From contig JBMNQN010000009.1 of NCBI GenBank assembly GCA_050944155.1, positions 1 through 30,900 on the forward strand: a DNA stretch of 30,900 nt. The letters run 5' to 3'. This document shows positions 17,335 through 26,893 of the stretch, one piece after another. Positions within the stretch are counted from its first letter, which is position 1, and the number at the start of each line of letters is the position of its first letter. The DNA is from Candidatus Methanomethylophilaceae archaeon (GTDB lineage: Archaea > Thermoplasmatota > Thermoplasmata > Methanomassiliicoccales > Methanomethylophilaceae). The notes under the pieces were generated by a model. It searched no databases and was not told the DNA's origin. It worked only from the letters and a program-made list of their open reading frames with translations. Both the position numbers and the translations under genes were made by a program.

Positions 17335-18717
17335 ATGGCGGATGGGGACGAAAGGACCGTCGGAGTGAAGATGCTCACCGGCGATTACAAAAAAGCGACG
17401 CGGTATCTTGCGGTACCGATTACCGTCGCTTTGGCCATCCAGCAGATCAACGTTATCGTGGATACTTTCTGGGTTGCGGGGCTGGGGGCCGGCCCCATGG
17501 CGGCCATCAGTATCGTTTACCCCCTGTTTGCGATGATTATGGGTATCGGGAGCGGTCTGGGAATCGGAGCTTCTTCCGCCATAGCCCGGAGCATAGGCAG
17601 AGGCGACCGCCGCGGAGCCGAAGTAAAAGCCGGACAGGCGTTTCTTCTCTCGGCTCTGGTTTCCGTGGTACTCACTCCGATTTTATTGGTAATCATGAGT
17701 CCCGCGGTCCGCCTCCTGGGAGGGGAACCGGTACACGATCTCTGCACGGCGTATGCATTCCCCCTTTATCTTTCCGCATTCGTCATTATTCTGAACGGAA
17801 TCGTTACGGGAATAATCAGAGGAGAAGGGGACGGAAAACGTTCGATGTACATACAGGTGATTTCCGCCGCCGTCAACATAATTGCGGACCCGATTCTGAT
17901 TTACGGTTTGGATATGGGCGTTGCGGGAGCGGCGTGGGCGACGGTCATTGCCTTCGCGTCTTCCATATTGGTGGCGCTGTATTGGTATTTCGTTAAGAAA
18001 GACATGTATCTGAAAATCCGCAGGTCCGATTTCAGATACAGCAAAAAGGAAATGAAAAGCGTTCTGAGAGTAGGTTTCCCCGAAGCCACCGAGCTTTCCG
18101 TAATGAACTTCTTCAACATATTCTTGAACTACATGGTTATCGTGGTTGCGGGAACGGTGGGAGTCGCTCTTTATTCGACTTCGTGGAGAATCATCTATCT
18201 TCTGATAATCCCGGCCCAGGCCGTGGGTGGAGCCATGGTTTCGGTATGCGCCGCCCAGATGGGCGCGGGGAGAGTTTCCGACGTAAGAAAAACCTTCGGA
18301 TACGGGATCATGAGATCCGTTCAGATTCTTTTGCTGCTCTCGGTATTGATGTTCGTAATCGCCGACCCGGTTTCTTCCCTGTTCACCTACGAAGAGGGTC
18401 TTGCCGGACAAAGGGCGAAACTCGCCAGGATGATCCGTATATTCTGTTTCTTCGTTCCCCCCATGACTTTGGTTTACATCGGGTCTTCCCTGCTTCAGGC
18501 TCTCGAAAAAGCGGGTATCGCATTCGTTTCTTCTCTGCTTCGCAACTTATTGCTGGTTTTCCTTTTCGCACTTATGACCTACACGATAGCAACTCCCGAT
18601 TCTCTGTGGTTCATACTCATTGTCGGAGAATACATCGGAGGGGCCATGATGCTGGGTCTGGCACTGTGGAAACTCAAAGAGTACGAAAGAAAAGAGAATA
18701 TTTCGGGAACCTTATAA
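17335..18717 (+). CDS. MATE family efflux transporter (1 of 3)
   Basis: VDTFWVAGLG, RGEGD, NIIADPILIYGLDMGVAGAAWAT; start 17335 or 17311. Confidence 0.92.
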   Translation: MADGDERTVGVKMLTGDYKKATRYLAVPITVALAIQQINVIVDTFWVAGLGAGPMAAISIVYPLFAMIMGIGSGLGIGASSAIARSIGRGDRRGAEVKAGQAFLLSALVSVVLTPILLVIMSPAVRLLGGEPVHDLCTAYAFPLYLSAFVIILNGIVTGIIRGEGDGKRSMYIQVISAAVNIIADPILIYGLDMGVAGAAWATVIAFASSILVALYWYFVKKDMYLKIRRSDFRYSKKEMKSVLRVGFPEATELSVMNFFNIFLNYMVIVVAGTVGVALYSTSWRIIYLLIIPAQAVGGAMVSVCAAQMGAGRVSDVRKTFGYGIMRSVQILLLLSVLMFVIADPVSSLFTYEEGLAGQRAKLARMIRIFCFFVPPMTLVYIGSSLLQALEKAGIAFVSSLLRNLLLVFLFALMTYTIATPDSLWFILIVGEYIGGAMMLGLALWKLKEYERKENISGTL

Positions 18718-18739
18718 CGTATATCTGCGATAACCTTTC

Positions 18740-20110
18740 ATGATGCGGAAGACGGGGGGTTCGGAAAATCTTCTCGGGGACCCCCGAAAAGCCGTAATCG
18801 GAATGGCCGTTCCGATAGCGCTTGCCCTCCTCATCCAGTATATCAACAGTTTTGCGGATATGTTCTGGGTCTCCGGTCTCGGAGCGGATTCCCTTGCGGC
18901 GGTGAGTGTCATCACTCCGATATATTCCGTCATAGTGAGCATAGGCACGGGAATCGGAATCGGTGCGTCTTACGCAATAGCCAAAAGGATAGGGGAAGGG
19001 AATCTTTCCGGAGCCTCTTCGGCTTCCGGACAGGCTATCGTAATCACTCTGATGTCAAGCGTTCCCGTTTTGATAATTCTCCTGGTTTCCGCTGTGCCGC
19101 TGATGGAGTACATGGGTGCCTCCGGAATAATGGACCTATGTTTGTCTTACGCGTATCCTGTGATTCTCTCCTCCCCTCTGCTGATGATAGGGGGAACTCT
19201 GTCCGGATGTTTCAGAGGAGAAGGCGCCGCCGAAAGGTCCACGGCGATACTGGCATTCGCCTCGGTTTCCAATATAATTCTGGATCCGATTCTTATCTAC
19301 GGTCTTGACCTGGGAATCGTCGGAGCAGCTTACGCCACGGTTATTTCTTCCGCCGTATCTCTCATTCCCGCGTTATACTGGCACAGGATAAAGAAAGACG
19401 TTCTCGTACCCGTGTCGCTGAAAGATTTCAGACCTGCGAAGGAAGAACTCAAAGCGGTGTCCGAAGTGGGTATTCCCCAGACGGCGGAACTGATAATCAT
19501 GAGTTTCATGTCCGTTTTCTTCATCCGTTCCATATCTTCCGCCGGAGGGACGGATTTGGTTGCCGTCTTCGAAATCGGGTGGAGGATGGACATGATACTG
19601 ATGGTTCCCGCCCAGGCTGTGGGTTCTGCGCTTGTCCCCATACTTTCGGCGGCTTTCGGAATGGGAAACGCGGAAAGAGTGAAAACGGCGTTCGGTTATG
19701 CCATGAAAATTTCGATAACCGTTATGCTGGCACTCATGCTGATATCCATGATAGCGGCGCCTCTGAACGCCTGGGTCATGACGTTGTCGGAAACGTCTGC
19801 CAGACTGCGTCCGAACATTACGGATATGCTCAGAGTAAGTGCGCTCATGTTCCCGGCGTTCGCAATCATATTTTCTTCTTCCGCGCTGCTTCAGTCCATG
19901 GGCAGAGGGGACGTGTCTATGGTCATGACGCTTTCCAGAAACGCCGTCATTGCGGCCGTTTACGCATACCTTTCATCGTACGCCGTGGCGTCGTATATGT
20001 GGTGGGGGATGACCGTTACCGAAATAGCGTTCGGGCTGCTTACCCTCCTGGTAGCGTACCTGTTTTCGTTGCGGGCACTGCGCAGAGCGGAAGTTTCGAA
20101 ACAAAGTTAA
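18740..20110 (+). CDS. MATE family efflux transporter (2 of 3)
   Basis: ADMFWVSGLG, RGEGAA, NIILDPILIYGLDLGIVGAAYAT. Confidence 0.92.
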   Translation: MMRKTGGSENLLGDPRKAVIGMAVPIALALLIQYINSFADMFWVSGLGADSLAAVSVITPIYSVIVSIGTGIGIGASYAIAKRIGEGNLSGASSASGQAIVITLMSSVPVLIILLVSAVPLMEYMGASGIMDLCLSYAYPVILSSPLLMIGGTLSGCFRGEGAAERSTAILAFASVSNIILDPILIYGLDLGIVGAAYATVISSAVSLIPALYWHRIKKDVLVPVSLKDFRPAKEELKAVSEVGIPQTAELIIMSFMSVFFIRSISSAGGTDLVAVFEIGWRMDMILMVPAQAVGSALVPILSAAFGMGNAERVKTAFGYAMKISITVMLALMLISMIAAPLNAWVMTLSETSARLRPNITDMLRVSALMFPAFAIIFSSSALLQSMGRGDVSMVMTLSRNAVIAAVYAYLSSYAVASYMWWGMTVTEIAFGLLTLLVAYLFSLRALRRAEVSKQS

Positions 20111-20138
20111 TATAGGTGTGTTGCTGAAAGTGACCGGC

Positions 20139-21566
20139 ATGGCGGAGGGAAAAACGGAAGGAGTCGAGAAGCTCCTCGGGGATCCGAAAAAAGCGATAAT
20201 AATGATGATGTTTCCCATCGTCGTGGCAATGGTTTTCCAGAGCCTGAACAGCGTGATCAACTCTGTCTGGGTTACCGGAATAGGACCTAACGCTCTCGCC
20301 GCCGTCGGTATCGTTTTTCCCCTGTTTTTCATCATTATTTCGATAGGAAACGGAATAGGAATCGGAGCGTCGCAGACCATATCCATGCGCATAGGCATGG
20401 GTGACCGGGAAGGCGCGAACCGGGCCGCAGCCCAGGCGATAGTCCTGACGTTTGTCGCCAGCGCCGTACTTTCTCTGATTATAGGGGCTTTCGCCCGTCC
20501 GCTGCTTTCGGTTATGGGCGGGGGATCCGTCATCGAAGACTGCATTCAGTACGCCATGCCTATTCTGGCATTTTCTCCGGTTCTGATGCTGAGCGCTCTC
20601 TGTTCCAACCTTCTCAGGTCCGAAGGTGCCGCGAAAAGATCCATGGTGATTCAGGTTCTCGGCGCTCTGATAAATCTGGCTATAGACCCCTTCATAATAT
20701 ACGGCGCCGGAGACACGCTTTTCGGATACACCATGCCGTTCGGCCTCGGATGGGGAATCGCGGGAGCGGCGGTCGGAATAGTCATATCCATGGGAATCGG
20801 AGGACTCGTTGCCGTCTACTGGTTTAAAGTCAAGAAAGACACCTATCTGGACATAACCCTCAGAAAATTCAGTTTCGACAGGAAAACGGTCGGACAGATT
20901 CTCAGAGTGGGCGTCCCGGCAAGCGTGGAGATGATGATGGTTTCCGTCGTCATGATTCTCATGAACGTTCTGCTGGAAGGCGTGGGAGGAAGCGACGCCG
21001 TCGCCATGTATTCCAGCAGCTGGAGAATCCTGAACATTGCGATGATTCCCCTTATGGCCGGCGGCGGAGCCATGGTTCCCGTGTGTGCGGCGGCGTACGG
21101 GGAGAAACGTTTCAACAAGGTTAAAGAAGCTTACAGGTATACTCTGAAACTGGTTTTCTTCCTGATGCTGGCACTGAGTATAATCATGGCACTCACCGCA
21201 AATCAGATAGCCACCATATTCTCGTACACAGAATCCACGTACCATCTCCGTTCGGGTATAGCCCTGATTCTCTACGTGGGCTGTGTTTTCCTGCCTTTCG
21301 CAAGCTGGGGCGCCACGGCTTCCGCGCTTTTCCAGTCTCTGGGTATGGGGACGAATTCTCTCGTCTGTACGATGGTGAGATATCTCGTGCAGCTTCCGGT
21401 CTGTGCGCTCCTTGCGGGGATGGGCGACATAGATCTGGTATGGTGGGGAGTGGCAATAGGTCAGATTACGGGTTCGGTGGTTGCCGGTATCTGGGGAGAA
21501 AGCGTTCTCGCGAAGCTTATGAAAGTGTCCGATAAATACCGACCGCCCGAAGAGAATTCCGTTTGA
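20139..21566 (+). CDS. MATE family efflux transporter (3 of 3)
   Basis: INSVWVTGIG, RSEGAA, NLAIDPFIIY...GWGIAGAA; start placed at ATG 20139. Confidence 0.92.
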   Translation: MAEGKTEGVEKLLGDPKKAIIMMMFPIVVAMVFQSLNSVINSVWVTGIGPNALAAVGIVFPLFFIIISIGNGIGIGASQTISMRIGMGDREGANRAAAQAIVLTFVASAVLSLIIGAFARPLLSVMGGGSVIEDCIQYAMPILAFSPVLMLSALCSNLLRSEGAAKRSMVIQVLGALINLAIDPFIIYGAGDTLFGYTMPFGLGWGIAGAAVGIVISMGIGGLVAVYWFKVKKDTYLDITLRKFSFDRKTVGQILRVGVPASVEMMMVSVVMILMNVLLEGVGGSDAVAMYSSSWRILNIAMIPLMAGGGAMVPVCAAAYGEKRFNKVKEAYRYTLKLVFFLMLALSIIMALTANQIATIFSYTESTYHLRSGIALILYVGCVFLPFASWGATASALFQSLGMGTNSLVCTMVRYLVQLPVCALLAGMGDIDLVWWGVAIGQITGSVVAGIWGESVLAKLMKVSDKYRPPEENSV

Positions 21567-21616
21567 TCGGGCTGTCCGGTTATTTATATAAGCCATCGAT
21601 ATCGGTAAGGCGTATT

Positions 21617-23851
21617 ATGTCGAAAATCTGCATCAACATCGCATGGCCCTATGCGAACGGAAAAATCCATTTGGGGCACGTGGCGGGATCGCTTCTTCCT
21701 CCGGATATTTTCAGCAGATACAACCGTCTGCTCGGAAACGAAGTTCTCATGGTGGGAGGTTCGGACCAGCACGGAACACCCATTACCGTTACCGCGGAGA
21801 AGGAGAAAACGACACCCGAAACCGTGGCCGAAAGGTACCACGCAATAAACAAGAAAGCAATCGAAGACCTGGGCATAGAATACTCGCTTTACAACAAAAC
21901 CTACTGCAAAACCCACTATGACGTTGTGCAGGACTTTTTCACGGATCTGCTGGACAAGGGCTATCTTTACACCAAAGAGACGGACCAGTACTTCTGCTCC
22001 GACTGCGGAAGATTCCTTCCCGACCGTTACGTGGAAGGCGTCTGTCCCGTATGCGGCGCCACCGGAGTGCGCAGCGACCAGTGCGACAGCTGCGGAACCA
22101 CTTTCGAACCTGGAGAACTGAAGGAACCCCACTGCATACAGTGCGGCAGCGTACCCGAAGTAAAGCCTACCGAACACTACTTCCTGAAGCTGAGCGCATT
22201 CAGGGAGAAACTTCTGGATTTCGTATCTGATAAAGACTACTGGAGACCCAACGTCAGAACCTTCACAGAAAACTGGCTGAAAGAGGGACTGAACGACAGA
22301 GCCATCACGAGAGACATGTCCTGGGGCGTTCCCGTCCCGGTGAAAGGGTGGGAAGGCAAAGTCATCTACGTATGGTTCGACGCCGTGATAGGATACCTCA
22401 GCGCATCCATAGAATATTCCAAAATAATCGGAAAACCCGATTACTGGAAAGAATTCTGGCAGGATCCCGAAGTGAAACATTACTATTTCATCGGAAAGGA
22501 CAACATTCCGTTCCACTCCATCATCTGGCCCGCCATGCTCATGGGAAGGGGAAATCTGAACCTTCCCTACGACATTCCCGCCAACGAGTACCTCATGTTC
22601 GGCGGAGGAAAACTCTCCAAAAGCAGGGGAGGGGCCATCGACGTTCCCAGCGTTCTGAAAAAGTACGATGCCGACGTCGTGAGGTATTATCTTTCGGCGA
22701 ACATGCCGGACACCCACGATGCGGAGTTCTCCTGGGACGATTTCAGGATCAAGATAAACAACGAACTGGTTTCCGATCTGGGAAATTATTACCACAGATG
22801 TCTGAGCTTCACCCAGAAGAATTTCGGCTCGATACCTCAGGCGGACGGCTTCCCGAAGGAAGTCGAAGACGAAATCGACAGAACGTTCGCGGAATATTCC
22901 GAACACCTGTCCCGCTGCGATTTCAAGAAAGCTCTCAGGACGGTCATGTCCCTTTCTTATTTCGGCAACAGGTATTTTGATTCCCTCAAACCCTGGGCGC
23001 TGATAAAAACTGACAAAAAGGCATGCGGAGAGGCGATGAACGCCAATCTGCGCATCGTCAAAGCTCTCGCAGTTATGGCGTGGCCGTTCATGCCGAAATC
23101 GTCCGAAAAAATCTGGGGATACCTGGGTCTTAAGGGAACCGTAGAGGAATGCGGCTACGCCGGAATGAAAGACCCGCTTCCCGCGGGAACTCCCATGCCC
23201 GTCCCCGTACCCGTCTATTCCAAGGTGGAATTCGAAGAAAAGGAAAAGGAGAAAAAGAAGGAAGAGAAAAAGCCCGAAATAACCGGACCGTTCGCCGCCT
23301 TCAGAAAACTGGACATCAGGGCGGGAACCGTACTGTCCGTTCAGAATCATCCGGACGCCGACAAGCTGTATCTTCTCAAAGTGAGCGTGGGAGAAGAATC
23401 TCCCAGACAAATCGTTGCAGGTCTGAAAGCCTATTACACAGAGGAACAGATGCTCAACCGCAGGGTTCTGGTACTGTGCAATCTCAAGCCCGCGAAGATC
23501 CGCGGCGTGATGTCCCAGGGCATGATGCTCGCCGCCGACGACGAAGATACGGGCGGAAGTTCCGTTCTTCTTCTGACGCCTTCGGCGGACGTTCCCGACG
23601 GGACCAAATTCTCGTCCGGAAAGGAGAATTCTTCCGAAACCGTCGACTTCAAAGAGTTCCAGAAAGCAGTGATAAAAGTCTCTTCGATTAAGGACGGGGT
23701 GTTCGCCGCCGGCTCCCGCAAAGTGAAATTCGAAGGAAACGCCGTCGCCGCGGCGGTTATCGACGGGGAAGAAACTCTCGTTTTGGACAACGGAGACGGA
23801 GTGTACGCAACCGTCGACGGAAAGATAACGGACGGTGCCGGAGTAAGATGA
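21617..23851 (+). CDS. metG: Methionyl-tRNA synthetase with C-terminal tRNA-binding OB domain
   Basis: PYANGKIHLGH (HIGH), four CxxC knuckles, YVWFDA, GKDN..FH, KLSKS; start ATG 21617 with TTTATATA box upstream. Confidence 0.97.
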   Translation: MSKICINIAWPYANGKIHLGHVAGSLLPPDIFSRYNRLLGNEVLMVGGSDQHGTPITVTAEKEKTTPETVAERYHAINKKAIEDLGIEYSLYNKTYCKTHYDVVQDFFTDLLDKGYLYTKETDQYFCSDCGRFLPDRYVEGVCPVCGATGVRSDQCDSCGTTFEPGELKEPHCIQCGSVPEVKPTEHYFLKLSAFREKLLDFVSDKDYWRPNVRTFTENWLKEGLNDRAITRDMSWGVPVPVKGWEGKVIYVWFDAVIGYLSASIEYSKIIGKPDYWKEFWQDPEVKHYYFIGKDNIPFHSIIWPAMLMGRGNLNLPYDIPANEYLMFGGGKLSKSRGGAIDVPSVLKKYDADVVRYYLSANMPDTHDAEFSWDDFRIKINNELVSDLGNYYHRCLSFTQKNFGSIPQADGFPKEVEDEIDRTFAEYSEHLSRCDFKKALRTVMSLSYFGNRYFDSLKPWALIKTDKKACGEAMNANLRIVKALAVMAWPFMPKSSEKIWGYLGLKGTVEECGYAGMKDPLPAGTPMPVPVPVYSKVEFEEKEKEKKKEEKKPEITGPFAAFRKLDIRAGTVLSVQNHPDADKLYLLKVSVGEESPRQIVAGLKAYYTEEQMLNRRVLVLCNLKPAKIRGVMSQGMMLAADDEDTGGSSVLLLTPSADVPDGTKFSSGKENSSETVDFKEFQKAVIKVSSIKDGVFAAGSRKVKFEGNAVAAAVIDGEETLVLDNGDGVYATVDGKITDGAGVR

Positions 23852-24504
23852 AGGCAGACCTGCACATCCACTCTTCGTTTTCCAACGACGGAAGAGTCAG
23901 TCCCGAGGAAATCGTGGACGTGGCTCTGGAGAGGGGAATGGGCTGCATTGCCATAACGGACCACAATCATTTCGAAGCTTACGATACGATCAAAGACGAC
24001 GGGAGAATAATCGTGATTCCCGGGGAAGAGGTGTCTTCCAAAGAGGGACACATTCTTGCTTACGGGATAGATTCCCACATACCCAGAGGTCTTTCCGTTC
24101 AGGACACCATAGATGCCATACACGACGCGGGAGGATACGCTTTCGCTGCCCATCCGTACAGATGGTGGTCCGGACTGGGGGAAGAGACGGTTCTGAAATA
24201 TCCCTTCGACGGGCTGGAAGCCGCCAATTCGAGATCTTACGGCAAGGACAACAAAAAATCCGCGGAACTTGCCGAGAGGGTGGGGAAACCCGTATCCGCC
24301 GGGAGCGACGCACACACCAAAAGGCACATCGGATACAGCTATGTGGAACTTTCCGATTCGGTGAAAACCTGGCAGGACGCGGTGGCGGAAATCATGTCTG
24401 GACCGCTTCCCTACACGGGTTCGAACCGCCACTTCAAAAGCACTATGCGTTACGGAATAAAGTCCATAGGGCTCTGGATATCCAGAGGCTTCAAAAAAAT
24501 GTAA
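23848..24504 (+). CDS. PHP-domain phosphoesterase
   Basis: DLHIHS, ITDHN, GEE, GH, AHPY, GSDAH; ATGA overlap with metG stop. Confidence 0.9.
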   Translation: MKADLHIHSSFSNDGRVSPEEIVDVALERGMGCIAITDHNHFEAYDTIKDDGRIIVIPGEEVSSKEGHILAYGIDSHIPRGLSVQDTIDAIHDAGGYAFAAHPYRWWSGLGEETVLKYPFDGLEAANSRSYGKDNKKSAELAERVGKPVSAGSDAHTKRHIGYSYVELSDSVKTWQDAVAEIMSGPLPYTGSNRHFKSTMRYGIKSIGLWISRGFKKM

Positions 24505-24536
24505 AACCGGCGGGATTTCCCGCCGTAATTGTTTTT
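24503..24536. terminator. Hairpin terminator between convergent genes
   Basis: CGGCGGG-attt-CCCGCCG (24508-24525) with flanking A and T runs. Confidence 0.6.
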
Positions 24537-25083
24537 ATCTCATCAGACCGACGGATCTGAGTTCGGCGGCAATCTTATCAACGGCGCGCTCCACGTCCGG
24601 AGGGACTTTGGCACCGGTGCAGACCATCTTTCCGCTGCTGAACAGAAGCACCACGACCTTGGGGTCGTCGAGTCTGTAAACCAGTCCGGGGAACTGTTCG
24701 GGTTCGTATTCGACTTTCTCGAGACCCAGAGTAATCGCCACGGTGTTCAGGTTGATTTCCTGACCCAGATCGGAAGAGGCGACAATGTTCTGAACTTCGA
24801 TTTTGGGAGTTATGTCTATGAAAATACCCGCTTTTTCGATGTCTTTGGCGACTTTGGTTACCGCTCTTACGACGTCGTCGTAGCACTTGGCGCCGGTGCA
24901 GACGACCTTTCCGCTTCTGAAAAGAAGAGTGGCGGTTTTGGGTTCTTTAAGCCTGTAAACCAGTCCGGGAAACTGCTGGGGGTTGTACTCCGCGCCCTCG
25001 AGAGCGTCTTCGATGGCGTTGAGGTCGAGTTCCTGCCCCAGGTAGCTGGAAGCTACGACATTTTCTATTTTCATCTTTGCCAA
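24535..25083 (-). CDS. tbp: TATA-box binding protein
   Basis: Two repeats NVVAS/NIVAS, YNPQQFPGLVYR/YEPEQFPGLVYR, LFxSGKxVCTGAK; TTG start 6 nt after AAGGTGA. Confidence 0.97.
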   Translation of the reverse strand: MAKMKIENVVASSYLGQELDLNAIEDALEGAEYNPQQFPGLVYRLKEPKTATLLFRSGKVVCTGAKCYDDVVRAVTKVAKDIEKAGIFIDITPKIEVQNIVASSDLGQEINLNTVAITLGLEKVEYEPEQFPGLVYRLDDPKVVVLLFSSGKMVCTGAKVPPDVERAVDKIAAELRSVGLMR

Positions 25084-25089
25084 AAAAAA

Positions 25090-25134
25090 TCACCTTATAT
25101 ATGCTATTTAAACTCTATTTATATAAGTTTTGCC
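25090..25134 (-). promoter_or_regulatory. tbp promoter and RBS
   Basis: Minus strand reads GGCAAAAC-TTATATAAATA (BRE/TATA-like) and AAGGTGA Shine-Dalgarno. Confidence 0.65.
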
Positions 25135-25150
25135 CGAAGAAAAGTAAGGC

Positions 25151-25432
25151 TCATTTCAGGTCTTTCACGTATATGATGTGCCAGCCGAACTCCGTCTTCA
25201 CCGGACCGACGACGGAACCTTTCTTAGACGAAAATACGGCGTCTTCGAATTCCTTCACCATCTGTCCCTTGGAGAACCATCCCAAATCTCCGCCCTTGTT
25301 TTTCGAAGGACACTTGGAGAAGCGTTTCGCGAGTGCGGCGAATTCTTCTCCTTTCTCCAGGCGTTCCATGATTTTCCGGGCATCGTTTTCGGAACCCACC
25401 AGGATGTGGGCCGCGTTAGCTTTTGCTGCCAT
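25151..25432 (-). CDS. ppiC: Parvulin-type peptidyl-prolyl isomerase
   Basis: AAHILV, FAALAKRFSKCPS..KGGDLGWF..GQMV.EFE, GPVKTEFGWHII. Confidence 0.93.
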   Translation of the reverse strand: MAAKANAAHILVGSENDARKIMERLEKGEEFAALAKRFSKCPSKNKGGDLGWFSKGQMVKEFEDAVFSSKKGSVVGPVKTEFGWHIIYVKDLK

Positions 25433-25485
25433 GAACGGTCATAGTCGGGCAGGTATAATATCCTCGGCTTTTAAAAGATTGATTT

Positions 25486-25559
25486 TGGGGTCGGGAGGGA
25501 GAATTGAACTCCCGTATGCGGATCTGCAGTCCGCCACATAGCCACTGTGTTACCCCGAC
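25486..25559 (-). tRNA. tRNA-Cys (GCA), 74 nt, CCA encoded, intronless
   Basis: GTCGGGG/TCCCGAC acceptor stem, ACA/TGT D stem, GCGGA-CTGCAGA-TCCGC anticodon arm, GGGAG-TTCAATT-CTCCC T arm; TATA-like TTATTTAATA about 25 bp upstream. Confidence 0.95.
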
Positions 25560-25644
25560 AGCCATTCCGCCATCGTTTGGCCGTATTAAATAATTTCTAC
25601 AGCCCGGGATAACGGTTATAGCAGGGAATCATGGTTACCGTTTC

Positions 25645-26475
25645 ATGCACTGCAAGGACATTTCGGTCATGGAAGCCGATTTCCCCCTTACCGAAGAGGG
25701 AATACGCAAGGGGCTGACGGGCCACATGTCCTACGTGCGGGCAAAGTATACCGTAATGTCCAAAGACGGAAAATACGCGGTGGCCGAACTGATCAAGGAC
25801 GACGGAGAGGGGCTCTTCAGAAAAATAAATTCCGTGAAGATTATTTCCCTTCCGGAGGACACGGTTTTCGTGGACATGCCCGAAATGGATGTTCTGAACA
25901 CGCCGGAAAGGGCCGAACTTCAGAAAAAATATCCTGGAAAAACCGTCGTCGTGAGAGGGATGTTTTCCCACATCAGTTTCGTGCACGATCTGGAATACAA
26001 AACACTGAGAATCGTCGACAGCGTCCCTCCGTACCCGTCGAAAATGGACATGCTCGTAAGAAGGGCGTTCGAATCCGGTTACGTAGATATTCCCCTGGTT
26101 ACGGAAACTTTCAATGCGGACATGTCTGAAAGAATAAAAGACGTCAAAACCGAGGGAGTGATGTTTCCCTGCAGGGTTTCCGGTCTGAAATCCGATAAGC
26201 CTTACTATTTCCTCGACGAAAGTCCGGAACTGAAACACGACGTTACACTTATAGGATGCGAAACTTCCCTCAGAATCTTCAGGGAACTTTACGGAAAAGA
26301 CGTTCCCCTGATAAACGCCTGTCCGAGAGATCTGTGTCCCAGGGACGGCGTGAAGACCATAGCCAGATGCTGCAGGATAAGAAACGGGCACATTCTGGAC
26401 GGGGACACGGTTTTGGTTCCCTGGGGAGCAACGGTTCCGGAAGTTGCCGAAGCCATAAACGCTCTGTTCGGCTGA
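25645..26475 (+). CDS. Hypothetical protein with Cys motifs
   Basis: 276-aa ORF with normal codon usage; FPC, LIGC, NACP, RCC, VPWGA motifs; function unknown. Confidence 0.75.
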   Translation: MHCKDISVMEADFPLTEEGIRKGLTGHMSYVRAKYTVMSKDGKYAVAELIKDDGEGLFRKINSVKIISLPEDTVFVDMPEMDVLNTPERAELQKKYPGKTVVVRGMFSHISFVHDLEYKTLRIVDSVPPYPSKMDMLVRRAFESGYVDIPLVTETFNADMSERIKDVKTEGVMFPCRVSGLKSDKPYYFLDESPELKHDVTLIGCETSLRIFRELYGKDVPLINACPRDLCPRDGVKTIARCCRIRNGHILDGDTVLVPWGATVPEVAEAINALFG

Positions 26476-26889
26476 TCAGAACCTTTTCCTTCCTTCCGCG
26501 AAGGCGCGGTATCCTTCTTCGGTTTTTCCGATTTTGCAGAGAAGTTCTCCCAGCATGTACCACCCGTCCGGGTCGTCGGGATGCACCTTGAGAAAAATTT
26601 CCAGATGTCTTATTGCGTCTTCGGTTCTCCCTTCGCCGTCCATCTTCTTTGCGGCGGCGCGTCCGGAAGACTCTTCGTCGAGAATCTGGCACATCTCCCT
26701 TATCGCCGCGGACATGAGTACTTTCCATGAATCTTCGGAGAGCCACGGATACCTGTCCATGATTCTCTTTTTGAAAACTTCCGTCTTTTCCGGGATGGGC
26801 TCGCAGGTTCCCTTCCTGAAAATATTTCTGGGAACGTTCACGGCAAGCTTTCCGTGGTGTATTTCGAAGTGGCCTTCGGGTACGGCCAA
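26476..26889 (-). CDS. Small TPR-containing protein
   Basis: GRTEDAIRHLE...HPDDPDGWYMLGELL..G..EEGY TPR; TTG start after GAGGTGA. Confidence 0.8.
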   Translation of the reverse strand: MAVPEGHFEIHHGKLAVNVPRNIFRKGTCEPIPEKTEVFKKRIMDRYPWLSEDSWKVLMSAAIREMCQILDEESSGRAAAKKMDGEGRTEDAIRHLEIFLKVHPDDPDGWYMLGELLCKIGKTEEGYRAFAEGRKRF

Positions 26890-26893
26890 AGAA

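Noticed and set aside
20040-21596. 518-aa His-rich minus-strand ORF
   Set aside because: Antisense to MATE 3; His richness mirrors ATG/GTG codons on the coding strand
21584-23410. 608-aa minus-strand ORF
   Set aside because: Antisense shadow of metG
25440-25560. tRNA-Cys as an integration site
   Set aside because: No integrase and no duplicated tRNA 3' end noticed; flanks are housekeeping genes
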